A stretch of DNA of 64,000 nt from Eledone cirrhosa. Taxonomy: Eukaryota. Position 1 is the stretch's first letter; every line of letters starts with the position of its first letter. The stretch is from contig OZ024742.1 in assembly GCA_964016885.1 (NCBI GenBank), positions 103,044,001 through 103,108,000 on the forward strand, written 5' to 3'. The notes beneath the pieces were generated by a model. It searched no databases and was not told where the DNA came from. It saw nothing but the letters and a program-made list of their open reading frames with translations. This document shows positions 12,765 to 25,027 of the stretch, piece after piece. The position numbers and the translations under genes are program-made.

Positions 12765-12980
12765 CCTAGACATGCGGTCCGCGGGCTGCATGTGGCCCTT
12801 TATAAGCACACCTGCGGCCCGCACAAAGGTTTTTACAGCGCGAGCATGTTTTATCTTCATAATATAAAATAAAATAAAAATAGTTGTAATGTGTACAATT
12901 AGCTGTCGTGTGCGGCCCTCAGACAACACATATGTGACCCATGTGGCCCTCGGGGCACCTTCAGTTTGACATGCCTGATC
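12765..12980. mobile_element. hAT (Charlie-like) MITE remnant
   Basis: Terminal AGTTTGACATGCCTG and repeated GCGGCCC subterminal motifs. Confidence 0.65.
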
Positions 12981-13294
12981 TAGCCCATACACCGATAAAA
13001 CTGTAATGTACTTGATGCTTCTCTACCATAGAGACAGATATACATATTAAATGTGTTTTTTGTTTATTAGGACCCCCACGAAAAGTGACTGGATTTTGGC
13101 AAAAAAAAAGAAACGAAGAATAAATTATAGGAATGTGGTGATGGTGGAGGTGGCGGTGTGGTAGTAGTAGTGGTGGTGGTAGATGTAGAGAGGGGTATGA
13201 AGGCTTACAGTAGATGGATGATGTCGGAAGAGAGGGCCTACCAATGTGTTATAGTCATTATGATTGATGATTGAGTGCAAGTGTTTCCTTTAAC

Positions 13295-13780
13295 TATGGG
13301 TGGTGTTGGTGGGGTAGTGATGGTGGTGGTGGTGTCGGTGGTTGTGGTGGTAGTGGTGGTGATGGTGGTAGTGGTGGTGGTGGTGTTGGTGGTTATGGTG
13401 GTGGTGGTGGTAGTGGTGGTGGTGGTGTTGGTGGTTATGGTGGTGGTGGTGGTGGTGCTGACCGAGTTGGGAGTTTGCATTTCAGAAGGATGGGCATATG
13501 ACGAAATGCATGTATGTATGTATGTAGGTAGGTAGGTATGCATTATGTATGTATGTATGTACATGTATGTATGTATGTATGTATGTATGTATGTATGTAT
13601 GTATGTATGTATGTATGTATGTATGTATGTACATATATGTATGTATGTTTGTATGCTTATATGTATGTATGCATGTATGTTTATATGTATATACGTATGT
13701 GTGCGTGTGTACATCTATGTATGTTTGTATGTATGCTTGTGTGTGTGAGAGAGTTTGTGTGTTTGTGTGTGTGTTTGTGT
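13295..13780. repeat. (GGT)n then (TATG)n/(TG)n microsatellites
   Basis: Seen directly in the sequence. Confidence 0.9.
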
Positions 13781-13965
13781 TTATTTAAAAAAACTAAAAC
13801 TAAAAGAGCATACATACATAGATAAAGAGCCGGTTTCTAACCCAGACACTGAGTTCTTTCATTGAAATGTAGGCAACATCAACTACAGAAGTCGCGTATT
13901 GACCTATATTTTCTCTTCTGGCTTCGAGTTTTAGAGTTCTCTTGCATTGTTTTTTTCTTGTCGAG

Positions 13966-14112
<147 letters not shown>

Positions 14113-14179
14113 CTATCTATCTATCTATCTTCCCCATAACCTCACTTAAGGGTATTTACATTTTACATTTTAACCATTC

Positions 14180-14291
14180 TGCTCTGATGATACAGTGGTC
14201 ACAGCATTTGATAATTGAGTTTTGCAAATAGTTATAAATTTGCACATAGCATAACTAAGCTGTATAACCACCGTGGGAACATTTGTAAGCA
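14180..14291 (+). ncRNA. Degenerate type I hammerhead with long stem II
   Basis: TGCT-CTGATGA-TACAGTGGT..ACCACCGTG-GGAA (in place of GAAA)-CATTTG-TA-AGCA. Confidence 0.55.
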
Positions 14292-14440
14292 CACAGAATA
14301 AATTACCTTTTTATGATGTCTACCTGTTATTATTCATTCTTTATATATATTGGCCTTTATATATATTGGCCTTGATATATATTGGCCTTTATATATATTG
14401 GCCTTGTGCCTAAAGTAGAAACAATTATTCATTCTTTATA

Positions 14441-14499
<59 letters not shown>

Positions 14500-14503
<4 letters not shown>

Positions 14504-15190
14504 TATAGAGAAAAATACTGCAGGTAGCACATGGTAACATGTAATAAAATACGTCCCTCATCAGTGATTTGCCGAAGATCATAGATATTTCATTGCATTA
14601 AAAATCATATATCTCACTTCGGTGCAATAATAACCAAAATAAGTTATTAGGACAATTAAAACGCGTAAAGCGAGTGAGACAGGGGAACAACAGAAAAGAT
14701 AGCATACCGTGGGAGAGAAACAAGCTTCAAAAATTATTCTGTTAGCGTAAGCTAGGTGAATATATGAGCGCTAGGGAAAGAATAGTCCAGCACGAACGAA
14801 TCCCATTGAGCAGAGAGAGAAAAAATAGCGTCCGTGAGTTTAGGATGAAATGAAGAGAAGAGGGAGAAAAACAGTGAGTGAGTGAAAGTGTGAGGAAGAG
14901 TTAACGGACAAGACAGAGGGGGAGAAACAGAGAGAATGGGGGAACAGTAAGAGAGCCCTAGCGCTCATATATTCACCTAGCTTACGCTAACAGAATAATT
15001 TTTGAAGCTTGTTTCTCTCCCACGGTATGCTATCTTTTCTGTTGTTCCCCTGTCTCACTCGCTTTACGCGTTTTAATTGTCCTAATAACTTATTTTGGTT
15101 ATTATTGCACCGAAGTGAGATATATGATTTTTAATGCAATGAAATATCTATGATCTTCGGCAAATCACTGATGAGGGACGTATTTTATTA
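14500..15190. mobile_element. Fold-back element between (TA)n arrays
   Basis: Apparently perfect inverted arms 14543-14776 / 14956-15190. A related unfolded copy is at 56900-57380. Confidence 0.9.
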
Positions 15191-15344
15191 TATATATATA
15201 TATATATATAAACAATGAGTTATTTAATTTGTTGGCTATTCAACAAATTTAGTTTATAACAGGTTAGAAGCACTCTATAGAATTCTTCTGGAGTATAATA
15301 TCAATAATATTAATAAATTGAAACTATCTTTATAAAACCATATT

Positions 15345-15406
15345 TATTTTATTATATATATTTCAAAGGTACCAAAAGTTTTGGTACGCCCTCATCAGAT
15401 AAAATA
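15345..15406 (-). ncRNA. Type I minimal hammerhead ribozyme
   Basis: Reverse complement reads TATTTTAT-CTGATGA-GGGCGTACCAAA..TTTGGTACCTTT-GAAA-TATATA-TA-ATAAAATA, with an 8-bp stem I. Confidence 0.85.
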
Positions 15407-15628
15407 CAAAAGTTGTTTTACAGATAGTGACATATTCAAACTAGAACTTAGCGTTTTGAGTTCTGTTTAAATAGAGAAGAAGAATTTCAAATCATAGGAT
15501 TAATATGCTAATGAGGGTAACGTTAAAATTGAAAAAGATCGTTATATTTAGACGCAGGGTAAATTTAAATAATTATTAGTATTATTTTTTAAGGCAAGAG
15601 GAGATAGAGGTTATTATTATTATTATTA

Positions 15629-15671
<43 letters not shown>

Positions 15672-15774
15672 GACTTCTACAGGACAAGGTATTGGGTACC
15701 TTTTTCAACTGCGGTTAGCCTCACCCTGATTTTAATCGGGATCTCTCTCTCTCTGTCTCTCTCTCTCTCCCTCT

Positions 15775-15896
<122 letters not shown>

Positions 15897-15989
15897 GAAG
15901 GAAGTGTGGTAAGGAAGCAGATGGACCATAAAACACCAGAGTACTCAATACTTAGGGTAGTAGAGTATTTTCATATATATATATATATA

Positions 15990-16371
15990 ACCAAAGATTA
16001 ATATGGTTTTACAATAGATTAAAAGCACTCTACAATGAAGTTTTCTGGAGTTATTAATATTATTCAGAATATTAATAAATGAAGACATTCACATAATCAA
16101 AATATATGTTTTATTATATATATTTTATTATATTATATATATCGAAGGTACTGTGCTGTTTTTTCAGTACGTCCTCGTCAGATAAAATACATGAATTGAT
16201 GTATGACATACGTCAGCGGTCTTGATGGTTCAATTCCAGTATTGGCAGTACTGCCAATTCATGTATTTCATCTGACGAGGACGTACTGAAAAATCAACAC
16301 AGTACCTTCGAAATATATATAATAAAACATATATTTTGATTATGTGAATGTCTTCATTTATTAATATTCTG

Positions 16372-16378
<7 letters not shown>
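15990..16378. mobile_element. Fold-back HHR element between (TA)n arrays
   Basis: Inverted arms about 16057-16198 / 16255-16378. Confidence 0.85.
16263..16330 (+). ncRNA. Type I minimal hammerhead ribozyme
   Basis: TTTCAT-CTGACGA-GGACGTACTG..CAGTACCTTC-GAAA-TATATA-TA-ATAAAA. The antisense-arm copy has GATA in place of GAAA. Confidence 0.8.
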
Positions 16379-16411
<33 letters not shown>

Positions 16412-16418
<7 letters not shown>

Positions 16419-16535
16419 TTTCATACACCTAACATGTATGCGCTACCTTAGGTTTCGGGGTCCAGTTATGGCCATCACTGTATAGTGGAGAATCCGTTCT
16501 ACTATTGCCCTCCTAAGTGTATGGAATTTTATTTA
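16412..16535. mobile_element. Short TIR MITE, same family as 35357-35780
   Basis: TAAAATTTCATACACCTA ... TAAGTGTATGGAATTTTA. Confidence 0.65.
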
Positions 16536-17188
16536 AACCAAATAACTAAATAACCTCTCTTGCAATAGATTGAGCATTGATTTCCTTAGCTTTTTATCTA
16601 CGAACATCCTGCACATACACACACACACACATATATATATTACAACCATCATTCGCAATCGCGTATGACTTGGTATCATGCACCATGCTTTCGCCAAGAT
16701 GCCCATACAGTAAAGAGTAGACAAGAGCATCTTCTCAACACTCATCACTCCTTTGATCCAGCAGAACATCCTGGATGTAGCAGACTTTCAATAAATGAAG
16801 GATTTGCTATAATTTTTCCACAATCCAACCATTTTTCTAGTGAAATGGGTCTAGTGTTTCTGTAATGCTTGCTATCTTGTGGACTTTATCACAAACGTCA
16901 TAGCTAGCTGTCAGCGTGAAAGCCGAATAAATTCAGACGTTTAATCCTCTATTATATCGATGGTGGACTTTGGTACATTTTTGCTAGAGTATCATGAAGA
17001 TGAACATCATTCTATATGTAATTTTTGATATTGCATTCGAATTGTATTTCCCTAACACTCTGAATGTCCTTGAAAGATCAGTTCTTAGCATCGGTTTCAC
17101 TGGGTTACTCCTTTTGTTATCAAACCTCTAATTAAAATGATCTGTATTTTAATTATTTAATGAAGAATTTGGGAACGATTTACTAAAA

Positions 17189-18300
17189 TTATAATTGTTT
17201 CTACTTTTGGCACAAGTCCAGCAATTATCACAATGTATTACTGGTACTTTATTTTATCGACCCCGTAAAGATGAAAGGCAAAGTTAACCTAGGCGGGATT
17301 TGAACCGTAAATTTACTAAAATTATAATGTCATTAAGATGGCAATTGTAAGATAGCAAACTGTATATATGGAGCCATAACTCCTTGTGGATTCGGGGGTT
17401 ATAACGTCGCAAATTGTCTGAGGGAGCCCATATCTCTCCAGGTCTGAACGCAGCTGATTTCTTCCAGAGAAGGAGAGAGAGCGGGGTAGGATGAGAAATA
17501 GATATAAAAGAGTCGACCCCAGTACTTGATTATTACTATTTTATCGACCTCGAAAGGATGAAATGCAAAGTTGACCCCTGCAGGATTTGAACTGAGAGAG
17601 GAGAGAACCAGAACAAATATCACAAATCACTCTGTCCTACGTTCTAACGGCTCTGCTACTTCCTCGACCCAACCTAACAAACATTACTTATCTGAAATTA
17701 TGATAGAAGGTTTTAATTTAAGAACCCTTTAAAGGGGGTGGTTTTGTTTTATAGAAACAGAGGCGGTTTGGGGCGAGTTGGTATCAAGTTGAGAATTGAA
17801 TCCCTTTCATTAAATAAGATGCTGTTTTATATGAACCAATTGTTATTATTTGCTAATTTGCAACATGGATTGCCAGAATCGGTAGAGCGTCGAAATAAAT
17901 GTTTTATGACATTTCGTTACGTCTCTATACATCCCGAGTTCAAATTCCGCTGAGGTTAACTTTGCCTTCCTCCTTTCGAGGTCCATAAAATAAAGTACCA
18001 GTAAAATACTAAGGTCGACATAATCGACTTTTCCTTTCTCCCAAATCGCTGGCCTTTTGCCAATATTAGAATGAATCATCATTCGGAACATGGTGTATTG
18101 GCCGAGTGGTTAGAGCGTCGGACACACTTTTAGCAGTAATTGTCCCTCACTTTGCATTCTGAATTCAAATTTCGCCGAGGTCAACTTTGCCTTTCATCCT
18201 TCCGAGGTCAATAAAATAAAGTACCAGTTTACCAGTTAAGTATTGGCTTCGATATAATCTAAATTGCTGACCTTATGCTAAAATTAGAAAACATTATTAT
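17189..18300. mobile_element. Cluster of four SINE family A copies (17189-17306 -, 17370-17665 - with alternative tail, 17865-18078 +, 18091-18300 +)
   Basis: Box B and core motifs in each copy. Confidence 0.85.
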
Positions 18301-18670
18301 TCGTAGCAGGTTGTACAGTTACGAATCTTTAACAACGAGGCAGTTGTAGGACAGATGAAACTTCTCACACTTGTAACATAGGTCTTGCTTAGCTACTCGT
18401 CTACATATGTCAATGTATTGCTGCGTTATGTGGGACAAATCATGTTGTCTGCCGATTTAATAATTAAGATTTCCCATCAACTTTAGTGATTTGGGGGGAT
18501 GTTTATTACTTAATCGCGAAGTAGGACAGTGCCCATGACCTTTTACAGAGCCTTTGGCATTGATATTAAGGAAGGAAGGAAAGAAAGATGGTAGGAAGGA
18601 AGAATAGAAGGATTGAAAGTATCCTAAAGCTGGAAATCTGGCTCGACTGTTTGCAGCAGAGTGAACTCTG

Positions 18671-19847
18671 TTAACCCTTTAGTGTTCAAACTGGCTAAAA
18701 CCGGCCAGAATTCTCTACCTCTTTCTGTTGAAACTGGCTGTAACTGGTCGCTCAAACTGATGTTAAGGTATTGTTTTCAAAATAAATACTTTCAAAATCT
18801 CATAGATTCGATGTTATGTGAGGTAAAGCCTTTACTATTAAAATATAATAGTATATATAAAATAATTGTTTCTACTTTTGGCACAAGACCAGCAATTATC
18901 CCAGTGTATTATATATAAAACTAGCAGTGGTACCCGGCATTGCACGGGTTAAGGTATTTTGGAAGACCTAATCGTGGAAAAACTGCATGCCTGGACAATA
19001 TGTAAAGAAAATAAACCGAATACTCTGATGGCTGGATAATCTTTAAGATTTTCGTCGATGAAGCAGGAAAAATGCAGGTTTTCACCTAATGCGGGCTCTA
19101 GAGGATCAAGAAAATGAATTTTTTTATGTGCATAATATGCCTTGAAATTTCGGGAAAATCGGCTAGACGTAACGCCACAAAAAAGCCCTAAAAAGCTGAA
19201 AAAATGAAGTTTTTCAACTAATGCGGGCCCTAGGCCATAAAAAAGTTGGATTTTCTTTGCTCACGGTATGAAGAAGAGACTGACTAATAGATAGTTACAA
19301 TTTCAAGGAAATCGGTCTGACGTAACGCCTCAAAAAACCCTAAAATCCTTAAAAAAACGCAGTTTTTCACCTAATGCGGGCTCCAGGAGATCAAAAAGTT
19401 AAATATGTTTATGTGCATAACACTCCCTGAAACATAAGTAATACACATGTAAAGTTTGAAAAAATCGGTTGGGTGCTTCTCGAGCTTTAAGGATTCAAAC
19501 TCACAGACACACACACACACAGACAGACATCCTCAGGGAAGTGACGTAATGCAGACAGCAGACATACAGACAGATATTATAAGGGCGCGACGTTATATGT
19601 ATGTATCTATCTAAAGAGAGAAAGACTAAGAATTATAGAGAGAGATTGCTAAATCGGTCCCTAGGGCATTGAAAATTTGAATTTTGTTTTGCTCAGAACA
19701 CTCCCTGAAACATAAGTATTACATGTGTAAAGTTTGAAAATAGCCGGTTGGGTGGTTCTCGAGTTTTAGGGATTCAAACTCACACACACACACAGACAGA
19801 CATCCTCAGTTTTATATATATAGATAATGGGAATGCTAAAGGGTTAA
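18671..19847. mobile_element. piggyBac-like MITE hosting a SINE tail and a Helitron-like element
   Basis: TTAA-CCCTTTAG ... CTAAAGGG-TTAA. Confidence 0.7.
18920..19824 (-). mobile_element. Non-autonomous Helitron/Helentron-like element
   Basis: ACTAGCAG..CCCGGCATTGCACGGG hairpin at one end and CAGACAGACATCCTCAGTTTTATATATATAGA at the other; internal tandem units containing CTAATGCGGGC. Confidence 0.8.
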
Positions 19848-20127
19848 AGACACCTAAGAGCCAGATAGTGGTTTCAACCGGGTGATCGATTCAGACCTAT
19901 GAACATACAAGTAGTGACGAGTTAAAAATTCCGTTTTTATCTATCTTACGGGAACGAAGTCAATGTTGAAGTCGACACCGTCACAATTTGAATAAAAAGG
20001 TATCAGACACGAAGTTAAACAGCTATTAAATATCTAGTCTGGCTCTCTATTACGTGATATATTATTTTTAGAAAGGTATATAAAATTCAAACTTAGGCTA
20101 GCTTAGAAAAAAAATGTGAACTGTATA

Positions 20128-21292
20128 TATGGACCCGTACTCCTGATAGAGTTGTAGGGGCTCGGTAGTGACATACAACGTGTCTTGGGTATTTTAAAAC
20201 CTGACGGAGTCCATCCCCTCTCCGGTCTTGAATACAGCTGATTTCTACCACACACATACATATACACACACACACATATATATATATATCTATATATATA
20301 TATAGAGAGAGAGAGAAAGAAAGAAAGCATCAACCCAGTACAAGACTGCTAGCTACCTTATTTTTAGCGATCTCAAAAGGATGAAAAGCGAAGTTGATTT
20401 CAGTAGGATTTGAACTCAGAGAGTGAAAAGAGTCAGAACTCAAACCACAAATCATTCTATCCGACGTCATAACAGTTCTGCGAATTCGTCGCTTTTAGAC
20501 AAATAATAATTTCTCTTTAACAGACTCCTTGCCAAAGTATAACTGGTAGGTGGGTAAGGGTTGTAGTGGATTGATTATAACCCGGCTATCCAAACAACTA
20601 CCGTAGTTTTGCTTATATGAGGCAGACACTGATTTGCTGTCTGGTCTGGACAACATCACCCTAGAGTGTTTTACACTTACAAAGGGGTTATTCAGTATCA
20701 GCTTCAGAGCCTATAAAACCTATTGACTGAGACCCCCATCCAAACCAGAAACCAAGCTCCAATGCGTGAAATAATGGTTTCTGATTTAGGTAGAAGGCCA
20801 ACAATTTGGGGGGGGGGGGGGAAGGGAGAAAGTCGATTAAATTTACCCCAGTGCGTTACTAATATTTTATTTTATCGATCCCATAAGGATAAAAAGCAAA
20901 GCTAAGCTCGATGGGATTTGAACTCAGAATGTAAAATCTAGGTTTAAAAGGTGGATAATTTTTTTAAACGTGGGTAAAAAGGTGGGTATAGAGAATAAAT
21001 GAATGAGAGTTTTGTTAGATGACTCGTTGACAGTGACACTGATAAGATGTGGTCAGTGTTGACATAAATAAGGGTGGTAGATTGGCAGTATTGGTAGAGA
21101 GTCAGCCACCATGCTTTGCAACATAGAGTTATGGCCCTTTACGGCCCGAGTTCAAATCCCGCTGAGGTTAACTTTGCCTTTCATCCTTACGGGGTCGACA
21201 AAATAAAGCACCAGTAACGTACTGGAGTCGATTTAATCGACTTTCCCCTCCCCCCAAATTACTGTCATTGTGCCTATACTAGAAATCAATAT
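20128..21292. mobile_element. Three SINE family A copies (20128-20492 - with alternative tail, 20770-20935 -, 21073-21292 +)
   Basis: Box A/B and core motifs. Confidence 0.85.
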
Positions 21293-21680
21293 TGACAAAT
21301 AAAACTCTAATTAATATCCTATGAAAGTTATTAAGAAACAAAAGTCGCTGACAGGACACTAAACTCTAGTTATAGCGACTGCCACCCTACTCTTGCCCCA
21401 TATCGTCATACCCTTGGTCCGACAGGATGAAGAAGACTTTTATAGGCGTGACAATGTCGGATAAATTAATCTTGTAAGGAATAAATTAATCGATTTAAAT
21501 CGTAGTTTTCTGTTGACCTAGATGGAGAAAAAAATCATGATACCCATTACAAGAAACGAAAAGAAAATGAATAAATAAATAAAGGCGGAAATCCGTGCTT
21601 TTTTTCTAACACATTTCGACGCCCTTCAACAGACAACAAAGAATGGTTGATACTTCTATCCCGACAAAACATGGCTATAG

Positions 21681-21712
<32 letters not shown>

Positions 21713-22196
21713 ATTACTTTTGAGACGACGACATCAGAAAAATCCGCTTGAAGCGGCTGGTAATACAAAAGCAAAGAAAAAAAAATCATCTTAAAGAAAA
21801 TATATTATCGGTCTTGATAAGTGGATTAAGAGTTATTTTGTTAAAGCCGTATGAGGAAGAGTACGGCGGTGGCGGAGGAAGTTGTTTGGCTAACTACTAC
21901 TACTACTACTAGGAAGACAGAAAGAAAGAAGAAAAGAAAGAAGTAGTACAAGAAGAAGACAAAGAAGAAAAGACGAAGAAGAAAAAGACCAACACCACTG
22001 TATCTGTAACACAAGAACAGCAAGCGACTTGTGCTTTAGTGACAGCTGCTTTGTTCTGCCACGTGCCAGATGGTATTCTTTGGTCATCAGTGAAGGGAAG
22101 GGAGATGTCTAGGGAGACGTTGTACCCTCTTTCGCATGGAGTATTGTAGTTGATCATGTGAAAATGTTTATGTTGGGATCAGTCCTCCCCGCCTCT

Positions 22197-22236
<40 letters not shown>

Positions 22237-22520
22237 ACGGGACTGTATATATATATATATATAGTCTATATATATTTATTTCAATACTTTAATTTTTATA
22301 TATATATATATATATATATAAAGAGGGAGAGAGCAGGAAAGAGAGACAGTCTGAGCTGTGGAGAAGTTATCAAAATATAACAAAAGTGGACGAGTTTGGT
22401 ATGTATAGGGTCTGTCAGACTGAACCAACAGTTAGTTGGTTTCTATGTTTCTATGTGCGAGTGCAAACGTGTGTATGTATGTATGTATGTATGTATGTAT
22501 GTATGTATGTATGTATGTAT

Positions 22521-23150
22521 GTCTCATGGTCGGGTCGTTGGCGACTAAACTGGCAACCCCACCAAGGTTTCTTGGTGAGGAGGGTGACTTTGGACATCCT
22601 GCAGGACTAAAAACAAAACCTGTCAAAGGGCAAAGGAGCTCTTAAGAGTCAATGGCCATCCAAAATCACCGGGAGAGATGACCCCTTAGCCTTTGTCAAG
22701 GCAGAATTCTAGGAGAAGGAAAACTCTGATATAACACCTGCAACCCTGATGGTATCCAATGATGTTGACTTGTTCTTCTTTTTGGTAAATATCATCTTGG
22801 TTAAGAGAGTGGGACTGGCTTTGTGCAGTGCCTTTGCTCACTATAAAAGCTTCACGGCACAGGCATTGCTTTATATCTGGAGATCTCTCTGCACTTGTCC
22901 TCACATGGTACCATGGGCCCAGCACTATGTGTCAATAGTTGTCACAAGTGTAGTGTTTGTACCAGAGTTTTCAAGTCGCTGGCTGGACTAAAAAGTCACA
23001 CTCGTTCAGCGCTTCGGTAGGGGTTCTCCTACATGGATATAAAGTAGTGGCCGTACTCGAAAACGAGTTGGCAGCCACCATGTATGTATGTATGCATGTA
23101 TGTATGTATGTATGTATGTATGTATGTATGTATGTATGTATGTATGTATG
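22521..23150 (+). mobile_element. RTE-derived bipartite non-autonomous retroposon inside (TATG)n
   Basis: 5'UTR-like part containing CTAGGAGAAGGAAAACTCTGA; 3' part encodes the zinc-finger-like CSVCTRVFKSLAGLKSH; (TATG)n on both sides; near-identical copy at 46960-47432. Confidence 0.8.
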
Positions 23151-23579
23151 TATGTGTGCATGTGTATGTATGTGTGTATGTATGTATGCATGCATGCATA
23201 TGTGTATGTATGTGTGTATGTATGCATGCGTGTGTGTGTGTATGTATGTATGCATGCGTGTGTGTATGTATGTGTGTTCTCCTTTTCGAGTAGTGTTTGC
23301 GATGCTCAGAGAGTTGAATTGGTCGAGTGCAAGGCCTTTCCCCGCTTAAAAAACCTTCAAAGCACAGGCATTGCTTGTCCAGGGTTTGTTACAGGTTTGT
23401 GTGACTGACAGTAGCCTAAAAGTGCACCAAACTCTATAACATGAGAAGCGATTGCAGTACTCTTAGCAGAGTTTGCAACCATCATGTATGTGTGTGTGTG
23501 TGTATGTATGTGTGTATGTATCTCTTAATTTTGAGTTTATTGTTGACCTGCCACCTTCCTGCGTTTTGTCTAAGCATTC

Positions 23580-23900
23580 ATCCTTTGAATCGTAAGAAAG
23601 TTTTACAAATTTTGAAGGTTTCAGATATCGCGGCCATTTATAGTTTACGAATTAAAGAGCTACTACATTCTTTCTCTACAAATCCAAGTTCAGTTAAACT
23701 TTGATTCAGGCTGGTTTGTATATAACCTCTAGCTCCAATAATAACGGACATGAAGCTTGGATAATGGATCTGCAAAATCATTATCAATGGTCCGTAGATA
23801 TCCTTTTTATGCATTTTTCGAAACCGTAGTGATTTCCAGAGGTTAACTGAGGAGATGGGACTGTCCGTCTTTCCGTTGTATTTCTCCATTGTCTTTGTCC
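23580..23900 (-). pseudogene. R4/NeSL-like RLE non-LTR retrotransposon C-terminal fragment
   Basis: KDIYGPLIMILQIHYPSFMSVIIGARGYIQTSLNQSLTELGF..LIRKL*MAAISETFKICKTFLRF resembles the IIGALG..LQ..T.KI C-terminus. Confidence 0.65.
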
Positions 23901-23929
23901 TGTGCGCTCCCTATTTTGAATATATATAT

Positions 23930-24100
23930 ATAAATAGCTTCTACAAGACTAGAACCGTTTCTAGAATCATAATTTCTCTCGAATGAAACAGTTCTAGTCC
24001 TGTAGAAGCCATTTCTATATTAAATATTTATACTCTGCTATGTATTGAGTACCTTACTTACTGTGGTTACCCCCAATTGAACTCGGGGTAAACTTATCTT
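23930..24100 (+). mobile_element. Mini fold-back element with hammerhead 3' half
   Basis: Hairpin arms 23932-23960 / 23985-24014; GAAA-CAG-ttctagtc-CTG-TA; TTGAGTACCT at 24045; same family as 55550-55635 and 56815-56880. Confidence 0.75.
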
Positions 24101-24712
24101 ATATATATATATATATGTGCGAAAAAAAGAATTTATTAATATGTATTATTAAAATAAAAATATTAATGATATTAAGGATATGATGTGAGAGAAGGAGAAG
24201 AATAAATGAATTATGAACTTAGAGGAATTAGTTAGGGTTTAAGTTTGTTTTTATGCATTGTAATATGTAAAAGTAAATAATAAGTTTAAAACGAGCACGG
24301 AAGGAGAGAAGAAAAAAGAAAATTTAAGGAATAAAAAATATTTAACGTCAAAAGGTATATATATTTACAAAAATTTCCTAATGGTAATATTATTATGTAT
24401 TAAAAAATATAGTTTCTATAGCCAATAATATGAGGAAAAATGGAAAAATGGAAAATGCTGTAGTGAGTAATAATATGAATTGAGAAGTAATTGGGAAATA
24501 CAAGTTACAGATTAAAGATTAGAAATTAAAAAAGAAAAAAGGAAAGAAAGGAAAAAGGATAAAAGAAGAAAGATAGGGGACCTCTAACCATATAGAAAGA
24601 GTAAATTGTATAATATAATATACTGAAATAAGGTAGAAAGATGGGTATATTTGTAATAGATATAAAAGCCTTTGAGAAAAAGAAGATTTTAAACTAATTA
24701 TGTATTGAGATA

Positions 24713-24938
24713 TTAGCTGTATACTTTATGGAAAGTTCTATGGGATTTATGCAAGCAGAGCGAGAATAAATTCGTACGTCTATTTATTATAGAATTAAAA
24801 TTAGATATAATGGTAAATTTCTCGGCTAGGCAGAGATTACATGTTCTGGATAGGGAAGAATTTAGGTAACGAAAGGCGTTGCAAAAGTTAAGGAAAGGCG
24901 TTGAAAGGCGTTGTTAAAGTTAATACTTTTGTCTTTTA

Positions 24939-24943
<5 letters not shown>
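24713..24943 (-). pseudogene. Neptune-type Penelope-like element, GIY-YIG endonuclease C-terminus
   Basis: SLKDKSINFN..(frameshift)..RTCNLCLAEKFTIISNFNSIINRRTNLFSLCLHK matches the CxLCLxEK..N(K/R)R.EL..CxH signature as I recall it. The element is bounded by (TA)n, with an AT-rich 3' region to about 24120. Confidence 0.75.

Positions 24944-25027
<84 letters not shown>

Noticed and set aside
14543-15190. Reading the long inverted repeats as DNA-transposon TIRs
   Set aside because: The ends are asymmetric, arm and spacer lengths vary within families, single-arm copies exist, and hammerhead cores are internal.
16640-17130. Possible LINE RT remnant (RPISL..KIIA on - strand)
   Set aside because: Only one short motif; too decayed to support a call.
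22521-22730. HDV-like or twister ribozyme at the retroposon 5' end
   Set aside because: I could not build the required pseudoknots by eye; kept only as an unassigned structure.
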